Origin: Phocaeicola sp. | GTDB taxonomy: Bacteria; Bacteroidota; Bacteroidia; Bacteroidales; Bacteroidaceae | Assembly: GCA_020026225.1 (NCBI GenBank) | Contig: JAHHQU010000002.1 | Span: 16,810 to 80,809, forward strand | Direction of reading: 5' to 3' | Length of the DNA stretch: 64,000 nucleotides | Part shown: positions 1 to 10,427 of the stretch, in pieces | Layout: every line of letters starts with the position of its first letter | How positions within the stretch are numbered: the stretch's first letter is position 1 | Translations under genes and position numbers: made by a program | The notes under the pieces: generated by a model | Told to the model about the DNA's origin: nothing | The model's input: only the letters and a program-made list of their open reading frames with translations | Database searches by the model: none

Positions 1-811
1 TCTTCTGGTCGATAACACCGCTTACAGCATCAATCTTACCTGCATGACTGTAAATGGTACCATCAGCCAATTCCAACTTGACTTCCGGCATATTATTCAA
101 TTGTTCCTTCAAAGAAACACCTGTCTTTGTCATTTCCAACAACTGTTTTTCAGTCATGGAGAAATACACAAACATATTACCGATTTGTGAAACGGTAGTC
201 AATGCAGGCTGGATGGAAGCACTTACCAAGCTACCTACTCGGTAAGGGAATGTACCCACAATTCCATCAGAAGGACTGGTAACGGTACAAAAATCCAAAT
301 TCTGCTTTGCCGAAGTCAAATTGGCTTTTGCCTGTGCCAATGCGGCTTTTGCCGACAAGAGGTTATTATTAGCTGTCTGATACTCGAAATCACTGATAAT
401 TTTCTGTTCATGCAGAATTTTCTTATTGGCCAAAGTTGCTTTGACCGTTTCCAGATTCGCCTTTGCAGATTCAACACCTGCTTCCGCCTGATTATAAACA
501 GCACGATATTGAGTCGGATCGATTTGGAACAAGGCCTGTCCCTTACGAACTACCGAACCTTCATCTGCACAGAGTCGTACGATAAAACCAGAAACCTGAG
601 GACGAATCTCAATATCTTGCATACCTTTGATGGTAGCCGGGTATCGGGTAGTCTGATTGCTTACAGAAGAAACTACCGTCATCACAGCAAACTCATCATC
701 ACCTAATTTCATACCGCCTTTACCACCTCCACACGAAACCAATGCAGAGAAGCTCACAGCCAATAGAAAAACTCGGCTTAACACTAAACTTTTAAACTTT
801 TTCACGTTCAT
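1..811 (-). CDS. RND efflux periplasmic adaptor (MFP) lipoprotein; 3' end lies outside the window
   Basis: Not in the ORF track because it runs off the edge. Manual translation from the ATG at 811 gives MNVKKFKSLVLSRVFLLAVSFSALVSCGGG...IEIRPQVSGFIVRLCADEGSVVRKGQALFQID...VTSPSDGIVG, with a lipobox and the lipoyl/hairpin motifs of the AcrA family. Confidence 0.9.
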   Translation of the reverse strand, partial: MNVKKFKSLVLSRVFLLAVSFSALVSCGGGKGGMKLGDDEFAVMTVVSSVSNQTTRYPATIKGMQDIEIRPQVSGFIVRLCADEGSVVRKGQALFQIDPTQYRAVYNQAEAGVESAKANLETVKATLANKKILHEQKIISDFEYQTANNNLLSAKAALAQAKANLTSAKQNLDFCTVTSPSDGIVGTFPYRVGSLVSASIQPALTTVSQIGNMFVYFSMTEKQLLEMTKTGVSLKEQLNNMPEVKLELADGTIYSHAGKIDAVSGVIDQK

Positions 812-846
812 TTTTATATTTAATTAATCATTTTTCATTACACCTA

Positions 847-854
847 CAAAGATA
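847..854 (-). promoter_or_regulatory. Bacteroidetes -7 promoter box (TATCTTTG) for the RND adaptor gene
   Basis: Matches TAnnTTTG, 35 nt upstream of the ATG. Confidence 0.6.
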
Positions 855-1380
855 CGAAAAAATCACGATTTGAAGTTCATGCACTTACCGCCAATAAACT
901 AAACTTAACATATCCATAAAAAGCCGTTACCATTCATTTCATCATCCAGCATGAAAACCGACCATTCTTTTCGATTCATAAAATTACAGATACCCGTTAA
1001 CAAGGAATAAAGTCATAAGACAGAGACACTACACCAAGTCCTATATATCACTAATTTATAATAAATTAGCCACAAATAAAAGAGTTTAAGTCCAATTATT
1101 CCAGTTCTAAATTCCATGCAATATTCGTTTTTTTTCTTGAAATGTGCAATAGGAGCACATTTCACATGATAAATCTACCTATTAAAAGCTTTTATCTTAC
1201 CATAAAAATCATACCGGACCTGGACTTTTCATGCGAATCAAGCCCTATAAGCAAATCTGCTTTACCTTGTCTTTCCAACGCTTCATTCTTTGAAAAAAAC
1301 ACTCCCGATAAACCCATGACGAAGGTTCGTTATTTAAGATTTTTAATTTAAATCTTTCATTTTTTATGACCTTTTATTTT

Positions 1381-1388
1381 TAAATTTG
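1381..1388 (+). promoter_or_regulatory. -7 promoter box (TAAATTTG) for maeB
   Basis: Matches TAnnTTTG about 40 nt upstream of the ATG at 1428. Confidence 0.6.
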
Positions 1389-1427
1389 CAATTATAACTA
1401 TTGATATATATTAACAAAAAGAATAAA

Positions 1428-3725
1428 ATGACTAAAATCACTAAAGAAGCTGCCTTGTTATACCATTCACAGGGCAAACCGGGGAAGATAGAAGTCATTC
1501 CCACCAAACCGTATCAGACACAAAGAGATTTATCCTTAGCATATTCTCCTGGAGTAGCCGAACCTTGCCTGGAAATCCAGAAAGATCCTTCCACTGTATA
1601 TGATTATACAGCAAAAGGGAATCTGGTAGCCGTCATTTCTAACGGTACCGCCGTTTTAGGATTGGGCGACATCGGTGCCATGAGCGGAAAACCGGTTATG
1701 GAAGGCAAAGGACTGCTTTTTAAAATCTACGCAGGAATCGACGTGTTCGACATCGAGATCAATGAAAAAGACCCAGAAAAATTCATTGAAGCTGTCAAAG
1801 CCATCGCTCCTACTTTCGGAGGTATCAACTTGGAAGACATCAAAGCTCCTGAATGCTTCGAAATCGAAAATCGTCTGAAAGAGGAATTGGATATTCCTGT
1901 CATGCACGACGACCAGCACGGTACAGCCATCATCTCCAGTGCAGGCTTGATCAATGCACTGGAAGTAGCAGGCAAGAAAATTGAAGATGTACACATCGTA
2001 GTGAACGGTGCCGGTGCTTCAGCAACTTCTTGTACGAAACTGTATCTGGCTTTGGGAGCTAAAAAAGAAAACATCCTGATGCTCGACAGTAAAGGCGTCA
2101 TTACCAGCGACCGTGAAAACTTGACAGAGAGCAAGCGTTTCTTTGCAACCGACCGCCGCGACGTCCACACTTTGGAAGAAGCCATCAAAGGTGCCGACGT
2201 ATTCTTGGGACTTTCTAAAGGAAATGTCCTGACACAAGATATGGTGCGCAGCATGGCCGATCACCCAATCGTGTTCGCATTGGCCAACCCTACTCCGGAA
2301 ATTTCTTACGAAGATGCGATGGCTGCACGTTCTGACGTATTGATGTCAACCGGACGTTCTGACTATCCGAACCAGATTAACAACGTAATCGGTTTCCCAT
2401 ACATTTTCCGTGGTGCATTGGATACACATGCCAAAGCTATCAACGAAGAAATGAAATTGGCTGCCGTACATGCCATTGCTGACTTGGCCAAGAAGCCGGT
2501 TCCAGATGTCGTGAACGAAACATACCAGGTAAACAACTTCTCTTTCGGTCCGGATTACTTCATTCCGAAACCGGTAGACCCACGACTCATCACCGAAGTA
2601 TCTATGGCCGTAGCCAAAGCTGCCATGGATTCTGGTGTAGCCCGCAAAGAAATTACCGACTGGACTGCTTACAAGAACCAGCTCCGCGAATTGATGGGCC
2701 AAGAGAACAAGTTGACTCGCAAATTGTACGATACAGCCCGCCGCTGCCCACAGCGCGTGGTTTTCGCTGAAGGTATTCACCCGAACATGCTGAAAGCGGC
2801 TGTAGAAGCTAAGGCCGAAGGTATCTGTCACCCTATCGTTTTGGGCAACGAAGAAAGAATTGAAAAGTTGGCGAAAGAACTGGATCTCAGCCTGGAAGGA
2901 ATCGAAATCATCAACCTTCGCCACGACCGCGAATCAGAACGCCGTGAGCGCTACGCACGCATTCTTTGCGAAAAGCGTGCCCGTGAAGGTGCCAACCTGC
3001 AAGAAGCTAACGACAAGATGTTCGAACGAAACTACTTCGGTATGATGATGGTAGAAACCGGTGAAGCAGATGCATTCGTTACCGGCCTTTACACCAAATA
3101 CAGCAATACCATCAAAGTGGCCAAAGAAGTAATCGGCATCCAACCAGAATACAAGTCATTCGGTACCATGCACATACTTAACTCGAAAAAAGGAACTTAC
3201 TTCATTGCAGATACGTTGATCAACCGTCATCCGGACACCGATACCTTGATTGACATCGCCAAATTGAGTGCAAAAGCTGTACGCTTCTTTAACCACGAAC
3301 CTGTTATGGCCATGCTTTCATACTCAAACTTCGGTTCCGACCAAGAAGGTACACCAGCAAAAGTTCATGATGCGGTAACTTACATGCACAACCATTATCC
3401 TGAATTGGCTATCGACGGCGAAATGCAGGTTAAATTCGCTTTAAACGACAAGCTCCGTGATGAGAAATATCCTTTCACCCGCCTGAACGGCAAACAGGTG
3501 AACACATTGGTATTCCCTAACCTCAGCTCTGCAAACGCCACCTACCAGTTGATTCAGAACATGAGCGAAACAGAAGTTTTAGGCCCTATCCAGATGGGAT
3601 TGAACAAGCCTATTCATTTCACTGACATTGAAAGCTCTGTACGCGATATTGTCAACATTACCGCGATTGCTTGTATCGACGCCATCGTCCAGAAAAAGAT
3701 GGAATGTTCTTGCTCTAAAGAGTAA
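1428..3725 (+). CDS. maeB: NADP-dependent malic enzyme with C-terminal phosphotransacetylase-like domain
   Basis: Motifs [36 protein letters not shown] and [12 protein letters not shown], followed by a PTA-like domain ([19 protein letters not shown]). The start was moved to ATG 1428. Confidence 0.95.
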   Translation: MTKITKEAALLYHSQGKPGKIEVIPTKPYQTQRDLSLAYSPGVAEPCLEIQKDPSTVYDYTAKGNLVAVISNGTAVLGLGDIGAMSGKPVMEGKGLLFKIYAGIDVFDIEINEKDPEKFIEAVKAIAPTFGGINLEDIKAPECFEIENRLKEELDIPVMHDDQHGTAIISSAGLINALEVAGKKIEDVHIVVNGAGASATSCTKLYLALGAKKENILMLDSKGVITSDRENLTESKRFFATDRRDVHTLEEAIKGADVFLGLSKGNVLTQDMVRSMADHPIVFALANPTPEISYEDAMAARSDVLMSTGRSDYPNQINNVIGFPYIFRGALDTHAKAINEEMKLAAVHAIADLAKKPVPDVVNETYQVNNFSFGPDYFIPKPVDPRLITEVSMAVAKAAMDSGVARKEITDWTAYKNQLRELMGQENKLTRKLYDTARRCPQRVVFAEGIHPNMLKAAVEAKAEGICHPIVLGNEERIEKLAKELDLSLEGIEIINLRHDRESERRERYARILCEKRAREGANLQEANDKMFERNYFGMMMVETGEADAFVTGLYTKYSNTIKVAKEVIGIQPEYKSFGTMHILNSKKGTYFIADTLINRHPDTDTLIDIAKLSAKAVRFFNHEPVMAMLSYSNFGSDQEGTPAKVHDAVTYMHNHYPELAIDGEMQVKFALNDKLRDEKYPFTRLNGKQVNTLVFPNLSSANATYQLIQNMSETEVLGPIQMGLNKPIHFTDIESSVRDIVNITAIACIDAIVQKKMECSCSKE

Positions 3726-3739
3726 GACCTCATAAAATT

Positions 3740-3800
3740 AAAGCGGTTTCCCTTTCGATGGAACTTATTTCATCCTAAGATTTCAGGGAAACCGCTTTTT
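3740..3800 (+). terminator. Intrinsic terminator after maeB (14-bp stem, large structured loop)
   Basis: AAAGCGGTTTCCCT...AGGGAAACCGCTTTTT. Confidence 0.7.
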
Positions 3801-3829
3801 CATTGTATCACTTTTACCTCTTTCCAACC

Positions 3830-4006
3830 ATGAGAAAACCTTTGAACACCACCCAATGCATACTGCTGATTCTTTTCTGGAGTGCCCTCTGCTTTTTGGT
3901 CATCACTACCAGCAGTCATATTGACGGACCGCTGATTTTATCCATTCTCATCTCAGGAGCCTTGGTATTCATCCCGATAGCCAAAGCACTCAAGAAAAAG
4001 GAATGA
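3830..4006 (+). CDS. Small (58 aa) two-TM membrane protein, hypothetical
   Basis: MRKPLNTTQCILLILFWSALCFLVI...GPLILSILISGALVFIPIAKALKKKE has two hydrophobic helices and basic termini. Confidence 0.55.
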   Translation: MRKPLNTTQCILLILFWSALCFLVITTSSHIDGPLILSILISGALVFIPIAKALKKKE

Positions 4007-4309
4007 ACACTTTCTCAACAAACGCCTAAATTTCCCCCAAATACCGTTCCGACCTTCATTAAAGTCCCCAGACACCCTCCTCTCCCCTTACTTTCCCAAA
4101 CGTTTATAAAAAGCCGAACTATCCACAAGAACGTACCTTATCCAAACAGACACAAAGCGAATGACTCCTCATTCATAATTGTTCTTTTTCTATACTTTTC
4201 TAAAAAATACGCAATATAAAGGCTCATTTTTAAGTTTTTCTTTCATATTATAGTAAAAATATTACGATTATTCGTATTTTTGCAGCCGAATATATTATCC
4301 CCTAAATAT

Positions 4310-5158
4310 ATGGAAAAAGAGCTTCCCAAAATAGACCTTCCTGAAAGTTGGCTCGTTGGCACAGACATCCACAAAGACCTCTTGAGTCTTTACACCAATT
4401 ATCCCGTACGACTGAAGTGTGAGATTTTTGTTTTTTGTATGGACGGAGAAGTAGAAGCTTCAATCAATCTAAACAAAATAAAGGTAAAGCCTCACGATGT
4501 CATCACATTGACGCCTGGAAGTATTTTTCAAATACACAAGTTGGAAGGTGACCTGAAAATCTATTTCATCGGATTTTCTTCACAATATATAGAACAAAAA
4601 GAAAACTCTCGGATCCTGCTTGATACGATGTATCACACCTTAGGAAGACCGATACTTTCTTTATCCCCTAAAGGAGCTAAAGTTTTGGAAGAATACATCA
4701 ACTTCCTTATACGCACCTACGAGTTCTTTGCAGAATTAGGTACTAATGAAGAAATCGCTCCGAATATATTTGCCGACATTCATACCGGAATCTCCATCTT
4801 ATATCGGAAAACTTCCAATGAGCGGATTTCCATGTCGAAAAGCGAGCAGTTATGTCGGAATTTCACCCAACTGGTCATCCAGCATTATACCACCAGCCGC
4901 AACGTATCATGGTATGCCGATAAATTAGGCATAACGCTGGCCTACTTATGTACGACCGTGAAGCAAGTCATCGGAAAGACTTGTGCTGATGTCATTTCAT
5001 CAATGGTCATCATGGATGCCAAATCACAGTTGAAGTCAACGGAACATTCCATCCAAGAGATTTCTGATTCACTGAACTTTGCCAACATGTCTTTCTTCGG
5101 AAAATATTTCAAACGGCACGTAGGCATGAGTCCTTTGGAATACAGAAACAACGGATAA
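4310..5158 (+). CDS. AraC-family transcriptional regulator
   Basis: C-terminal double HTH (VSWYADKLGITLAYL...IQEISDSLNFANMSFFGKYFKRHVGMSPLEYR) and a cupin-like N-terminus. A -7 box TATTTTTG lies at 4275-4282. Confidence 0.92.
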   Translation: MEKELPKIDLPESWLVGTDIHKDLLSLYTNYPVRLKCEIFVFCMDGEVEASINLNKIKVKPHDVITLTPGSIFQIHKLEGDLKIYFIGFSSQYIEQKENSRILLDTMYHTLGRPILSLSPKGAKVLEEYINFLIRTYEFFAELGTNEEIAPNIFADIHTGISILYRKTSNERISMSKSEQLCRNFTQLVIQHYTTSRNVSWYADKLGITLAYLCTTVKQVIGKTCADVISSMVIMDAKSQLKSTEHSIQEISDSLNFANMSFFGKYFKRHVGMSPLEYRNNG

Positions 5159-5227
5159 GATCTCCGAAATTTAGCCGTCTTATCACCAAACAGAAAAATA
5201 ATAATCAATAATAAAAAAGAGAAAAAA

Positions 5228-6349
5228 ATGAAAGCAATCAAATTCATTGCAGCACTATTCATGTTATCAGCAACATGGACTTCTTGCATTAAAGATGAAG
5301 AATTGAACGCAGAAGCGGATATAACCCGATGTATCCTCCCAAAAGAAATCTTGAGCAGGCCTGAAATCGACGTATACAGACCTTTCGATTTGAAGTTGAA
5401 AGCCTACCCTATCTATCTTCCCATCAAAACTGGGGTAGATGTCAGCAACTTGGCTCTGGACTTCGAGCTCACCCCTGGAGCTACTATTGAACCGGCAAAA
5501 GGCAGTATGCACAACTTCAGACAGCCGGTACGTTACACCGTAACTTCTGAAGACGGTCAATGGCACCGCACCTATTCTATTGTAGCTGAACCGCCTAAGA
5601 AAATACCGACCTTCTTCCATTTTGAAGATGCCCATAAGGACGGCAAATACCACATCATTTATGAAAAGAACGAAGACAAAGAAGTAACCTGGGGAAGTGG
5701 AAACGGAGGTTTCTCTTTGGCTGTAAAGGACGCAGAACAACTGGAATACCCGACCTTCCTTTCTTCTGAAGGATACAAAGGCAACTGCGTTCAAATGGTA
5801 ACTCGTCAAACAGGAAGTTTGGGAGCTTTAGTAGGAATGCCTATTGCTGCAGGAAACCTGTTTCTCGGTCAGTTCAACTTAAAAGATGCAATGGAAAAGC
5901 CATTGGAAGCAACCCAATTCGGAGAGCCATTCACTTACAAACCATTACGTATCAAAGGTTATTACCGCTACAAAGCAGGTTCTCAATACTTGGATAAAAA
6001 TCGTCCGGTTGATAAAAAAGACATCTGCAGCATTTATGCTTTCTTCTACGAATCAACTGAAGATTGTCCGATGTTAGACGGTAACTTACCAGACCAAAAT
6101 TATAACCATCCTAATATGGTAGCCCTTGCCCTGCTGAAAGAACCGCACGAAACCAAGGACAACCAATGGGAAGAGTTCAACATTGAGTTTGATTACCAGC
6201 GTTACGGCAAGAGCATTGACCCTAACAAACTTGAGAACGGACAATACCACCTTGGCATCGTATTTACAGCCAGTGCAGACGGAGCTAAATTTGCCGGTGC
6301 ACCAGGAAGTACCCTCATGGTAGATGAAGTTGAAATTATTTACGAATAA
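5228..6349 (+). CDS. PCMD (putative carbohydrate metabolism domain) lipoprotein
   Basis: Lipobox WTSC, an Ig-like segment (PGATIEP...YTVTSEDG) and PCMD motifs WGSGNGG, IAAGNLFLGQF, GYYRYKAG and GAPGSTLMVDEV. Confidence 0.8.
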   Translation: MKAIKFIAALFMLSATWTSCIKDEELNAEADITRCILPKEILSRPEIDVYRPFDLKLKAYPIYLPIKTGVDVSNLALDFELTPGATIEPAKGSMHNFRQPVRYTVTSEDGQWHRTYSIVAEPPKKIPTFFHFEDAHKDGKYHIIYEKNEDKEVTWGSGNGGFSLAVKDAEQLEYPTFLSSEGYKGNCVQMVTRQTGSLGALVGMPIAAGNLFLGQFNLKDAMEKPLEATQFGEPFTYKPLRIKGYYRYKAGSQYLDKNRPVDKKDICSIYAFFYESTEDCPMLDGNLPDQNYNHPNMVALALLKEPHETKDNQWEEFNIEFDYQRYGKSIDPNKLENGQYHLGIVFTASADGAKFAGAPGSTLMVDEVEIIYE

Positions 6350-6364
6350 TAGGAGATTACACAA

Positions 6365-7153
6365 ATGAAGAAAACAATAAAAACGCTGGCTGTAATACTT
6401 ATAGCTTGCCTATATACAAACTCTATTTTTGCACAGCAGAACAGAACTCAAACCCTAATCAATGCCGCTTTGCACGGCTGGGAATACGAAGTGAAAGCAG
6501 GTATTGGAATTGGTGGTTCTGCTCCTCTTCCATTACCGGCAGAAATACGCAGCATAGACTCATACAATCCTACTTTGGCCTTCATGTTAGAAGGAAATGC
6601 TACCAAATGGTTCGGTGAGAACAAGAAGTGGGGATTGATAGCTGGTGTCCGTTTTGAAAATAAAAACATGACTACCAAGGCTACAACCAAAAATTACAAG
6701 ATGGAAATCATCGGTTATGATGGAAATCGTCTGAAAGGTAACTGGACAGGTGGTGTAAAGACAAAACAAAGAAATGCTTATCTTTCTGTTCCTATCTTGG
6801 CAGCTTACAAGCTGACTTCACGTTGGAACTTAAAATTCGGTCCGTATGTATCTTATCTGATTGACGGAGAATTCTCTGGAGAAGTATATGAAGGATACCT
6901 ACGTGAAAATGAGCCGACTGGTGACAAAGTCAACTTCCGTAATGGAGCCATTGCAATGTATGATTTTTCAAACGAACTTCGTAAATTCCAATGGGGTCTC
7001 CAATTCGGTGCAGACTGGAAAGCATTCAGTCATTTGAAGGTCTTCACAGACTTGACATGGGGATTGAACGATATCTTCCAAAAAGATTTTGATACCGTTT
7101 CCTTCTCAATGTATCCTATTTACTTAAATGTAGGCTTTGCTTACGCATTCTAA
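6365..7153 (+). CDS. Outer-membrane beta-barrel (porin/PorT-like family) protein
   Basis: Signal peptide, alternating beta-strands and C-terminal YLNVGFAYAF (BAM signal). Confidence 0.8.
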   Translation: MKKTIKTLAVILIACLYTNSIFAQQNRTQTLINAALHGWEYEVKAGIGIGGSAPLPLPAEIRSIDSYNPTLAFMLEGNATKWFGENKKWGLIAGVRFENKNMTTKATTKNYKMEIIGYDGNRLKGNWTGGVKTKQRNAYLSVPILAAYKLTSRWNLKFGPYVSYLIDGEFSGEVYEGYLRENEPTGDKVNFRNGAIAMYDFSNELRKFQWGLQFGADWKAFSHLKVFTDLTWGLNDIFQKDFDTVSFSMYPIYLNVGFAYAF

Positions 7154-7176
7154 AAGTATCTTATTTACTTGAATAT

Positions 7177-7216
7177 AAGGGCTGAATTCCTGTTGGAATT
7201 CAGCCTTTTCTTTTTC
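7177..7216 (+). terminator. Intrinsic terminator of the AraC-PCMD-porin unit
   Basis: GGCTGAATTCC-TGTT-GGAATTCAGCC followed by a T-tract. Confidence 0.8.
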
Positions 7217-7387
7217 TTCTACCAATTGCAAGAGAGTTCATCAGCCATCCTTTGACAGCTTGGCAAGAACCTGCGGTCACGCCTGCTCCCTACATTAACT
7301 CCGGACATACTCCTAGAACCATCCAACCTTACATAGGCAACTTCCCCTTCTCTCGCCGAAAGACGTATCAAAACATAAAAAAGGACA

Positions 7388-7427
7388 TAAAAAAATCCGG
7401 CTAACATTTTACCTTGTTAACCGGATT
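7388..7427 (-). terminator. Intrinsic terminator of the DUF4925-like gene
   Basis: AATCCGGCTAACA...TGTTAACCGGATT, preceded by an A-tract on the + strand. Confidence 0.7.
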
Positions 7428-7447
7428 CCAAATATCAGATTCAATAA

Positions 7448-8680
7448 TTACTTTTCTGCTGCTGTCACTGGAGCCATATTCAATCCCAACTGAATTGATT
7501 TAGTAGTATCAATAATCTGTGGCATTGCTTTCAATGTAGGAGCCAAAACGCCATCTACTTGCTTTTTATAATCATCAGGAGTAGATGCTTTGATCTGCTC
7601 AATCAAACCATTCACAAAAGCTTCATCTTCAAAAAGAGGTTTCACTTTTTTCAAGATAGGTAATAGAAGAGTTTCATCAAGGTATACAGATGTTTCACCG
7701 TTTTCTTTTACAGAGACATGGAACGGAATACCTGACTTCAACAGTACATTCACATCATCCAGCAATTCCATCAATATCTGAGGAACAGAATTACCACGAC
7801 TTGCCTTCAAAGAAGCCTGTTTCGGAGAAGCAGCTGCAATTTGAGCAGGATTAATGAACAGACGCAATGTTGAATCATTTTCCATTACGTATGTAGCTGC
7901 ATTCAAAGGAGAATCTTTCCACGGTGATTTTTCATCGTTCCACTTTTCATTGTATTTAGCAACGACGTTGCCATTTGGCAAGAAAGCGATGTTTTTAATT
8001 GAACCCAACAAGGGAGGATAAATACCTTGAGAGCTACCAGGGATAGGTGCTGCCATGAGAGTCATGCCCAAAATCCACTGGATGTTTGCTTCAATAGAGA
8101 AAGTGGGACCAAAAGGATACACCTTAAATTTATAATCAGAATCCCATTTACAAATAACAGGAGTAGATTTCGGGTCTGAGCCAAAACTTGGTATATAAGG
8201 TTTCAAATCAAACATTTTACCAGCCAAAATATTCTTTGGATAAGTCACATCAAGATCCAAATTCAGCGAACTTTTATGGATAGAACCTTTATACGAAATG
8301 GTACGCTGTGCATTTTCATCCACTCCTTCAAAAGTTGCCAAATCCCCATTAATGTTCAAGTCCAAATTTAAAGTAGTAGTTTCTTCACCAGGAATAACTC
8401 CAGAACCATCCAATTCAAACGGCATACCGTCAATTGCAAACTTACTACCAGAAATTTTCACAGAAGCTTTTGTAGGATTCGATGCGTCAGGGATAAATTC
8501 AATCTGTTTTCCCAAGACAGGAGCTCCACAATAATTTAAAGCCAGACCATTGATATCAGTAAAAATAGTCTGTTCTACAGGACAAACTACTGGTTCATCT
8601 TTGTCGTCACTACAAGAAGTGAAAAAGCCACCCAATGTTAGAGTTGCAAATAAATAAATTAGAAGATTTTTCTTAATCAT
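7448..8680 (-). CDS. DUF4925-like surface lipoprotein
   Basis: Lipobox FTSC followed by acidic SDDKDE, resembling a surface-export signal. Motifs LNYCGAPVLGKQIEF, VIPGE, FLPNGNVVAKY and SP.N.ATY resemble DUF4925 proteins (from memory). A -7 box TACCTTTG lies at 8707-8714. Confidence 0.65.
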   Translation of the reverse strand: MIKKNLLIYLFATLTLGGFFTSCSDDKDEPVVCPVEQTIFTDINGLALNYCGAPVLGKQIEFIPDASNPTKASVKISGSKFAIDGMPFELDGSGVIPGEETTTLNLDLNINGDLATFEGVDENAQRTISYKGSIHKSSLNLDLDVTYPKNILAGKMFDLKPYIPSFGSDPKSTPVICKWDSDYKFKVYPFGPTFSIEANIQWILGMTLMAAPIPGSSQGIYPPLLGSIKNIAFLPNGNVVAKYNEKWNDEKSPWKDSPLNAATYVMENDSTLRLFINPAQIAAASPKQASLKASRGNSVPQILMELLDDVNVLLKSGIPFHVSVKENGETSVYLDETLLLPILKKVKPLFEDEAFVNGLIEQIKASTPDDYKKQVDGVLAPTLKAMPQIIDTTKSIQLGLNMAPVTAAEK

Positions 8681-9034
8681 AGTTACAAAATTTATAATTT
8701 GGGGGGCAAAGGTAACGCTATTCAACTTCTTAGGAAAGGTCTATTTATTCTACTTTTGTTCTATTTTTTATCTTTTGACTTATTTCGTCGCTAAAAGGCT
8801 CTTTTTTTAAGATAAAGAACCGTTAAGACAAATTCAATGGCATCCATTTTCTTTTAACGACCAACGGGGCCAAATATAGGTCTATAAAGTGTATGTCCTA
8901 TTTACTTCTCCCCCAAAAACACACAAACAATTCATTACTTAACAGAATATTGGACCTAAAATACCAATTATCGGCAAGACTTATCTTTTTAACAAAAATA
9001 GTCTTTGAAAATTTGGTGGATTCAGGTATTATTC

Positions 9035-9042
9035 TAACTTTG
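9035..9042 (+). promoter_or_regulatory. -7 box (TAACTTTG) of gdh, with a TTTG -33 element at 9012-9015
   Basis: Canonical TTTG-N19-TAnnTTTG spacing. Confidence 0.7.
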
Positions 9043-9089
9043 CATTTACAAAAAGACAACACTTTTGTCAGACCTTAAATTTTGAATTT

Positions 9090-10427
9090 ATGAACATCAA
9101 TCAAATCATGACGTCTCTGGAAGCAAAGCATCCAGGCGAGCCTGAGTACCTTCAGGCTGTGAAAGAGGTATTAGTTTCTATTGAAGAAATCTATAACCAA
9201 CATCCAGAATTTGAGAAAGTTTCACTAATTGAACGATTGGTAGAGCCAGATCGGATTTTTACATTCCGAATTCCTTGGGTTGATGACAATGGTAAAGTAC
9301 AAGTCAATTTAGGCTATCGTGTCCAGTTTAACAATGCGATAGGCCCTTATAAAGGCGGTGTGCGTTTCCATGCTTCTGTAAACCTTTCCATCTTAAAATT
9401 TTTAGGATTTGAACAAACATTCAAAAATGCCTTGACTACGTTGCCTATGGGCGGTGGCAAGGGAGGTTCTGATTTCTCTCCACGAGGTAAAAGTGATGCC
9501 GAAGTAATGCGCTTCTGCCAAGCCTATATGCTCGAATTGTGGCGCCACTTAGGTCCGGATATGGATATTCCAGCCGGTGACATCGGTGTGGGAGCAAGAG
9601 AAGTAGGATATATGTTTGGCATGTACAAGAAGTTAACCCGTGAATTTACAGGTACCTTTACAGGCAAAGGATTATCTTTCGGCGGTTCATTGGTTCGTCC
9701 GGAAGCAACAGGTTTCGGAGGATTATATTTCGTAAATCAGATGTTGGCCACAAGAGGTATCGACATTAAAGGAAAAACGGTTGCCGTATCTGGATTTGGA
9801 AACGTAGCTTGGGGAGCTGTAACGAAAGCCAATCAGCTTGGAGCCAAGGTAATTACCATTTCTGGACCAGACGGATACATCTATGACCCCGATGGTATCA
9901 GCGGAGAAAAGATTGACTACATGCTTGAACTTCGTGCTTCTGGCAATGATATCGTTGCTCCGTATGCTGACAAATTCCCAAGTGCCAAATTCGTAGCCGG
10001 TCGACGTCCATGGGAGGTAAAAGCAGATATCGCTTTGACTTGTGCCACACAGAATGAATTGAACGGTGAAGATGCCCAGCACTTGATTGACAACAAGGTA
10101 TCTTGTATCGGTGAAATATCAAATATGGGATGCCGTCCGGAAGCCATTGATTTGTTCATCAAGAACAAGATGCTTTTCGCTCCAGGCAAAGCAGTCAATG
10201 CAGGCGGTGTAGCAACTTCCGGATTAGAAATGAGCCAAAACGCTATGCATTTAAGTTGGACGGCAAAAGAAGTAGACGAAAAATTACATCAGATTATGCA
10301 TAACATCCATGAACAATGCGTTAAATACGGAACACAGAAAGATGGATACATTAATTACGTCAAAGGAGCTAACATTGCAGGCTTCATGAAAGTTGCCGAA
10401 GCAATGATGGCACAAGGTATCGTATAA
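9090..10427 (+). CDS. gdhB: Glutamate dehydrogenase (hexameric type, GdhB-like)
   Basis: GPYKGG, LPMGGGKGGSDF, PAGDIGVG, RPEATG and GFGNVA motifs. It closely resembles Bacteroides NAD-specific GdhB as I recall it; cofactor specificity cannot be verified here. Confidence 0.9.
   Translation: MNINQIMTSLEAKHPGEPEYLQAVKEVLVSIEEIYNQHPEFEKVSLIERLVEPDRIFTFRIPWVDDNGKVQVNLGYRVQFNNAIGPYKGGVRFHASVNLSILKFLGFEQTFKNALTTLPMGGGKGGSDFSPRGKSDAEVMRFCQAYMLELWRHLGPDMDIPAGDIGVGAREVGYMFGMYKKLTREFTGTFTGKGLSFGGSLVRPEATGFGGLYFVNQMLATRGIDIKGKTVAVSGFGNVAWGAVTKANQLGAKVITISGPDGYIYDPDGISGEKIDYMLELRASGNDIVAPYADKFPSAKFVAGRRPWEVKADIALTCATQNELNGEDAQHLIDNKVSCIGEISNMGCRPEAIDLFIKNKMLFAPGKAVNAGGVATSGLEMSQNAMHLSWTAKEVDEKLHQIMHNIHEQCVKYGTQKDGYINYVKGANIAGFMKVAEAMMAQGIV

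Noticed and set aside
915..927. 13-mer CATAAAAAGCCGT shared with 37129-37141, both upstream of efflux genes, with partial copies at 4106 and 16178
   Set aside because: It is a short A-rich word in inconsistent position and orientation relative to the promoters, so chance is a sufficient explanation.
1142..1351. Short intergenic ORFs (1142-1351, 7219-7407, 8893-9078, 23388-23627, 27151-27390, 39977-40204, 49871-50053)
   Set aside because: They overlap promoters, terminators or the tRNA, often start at non-ATG codons, and lack protein-like features.
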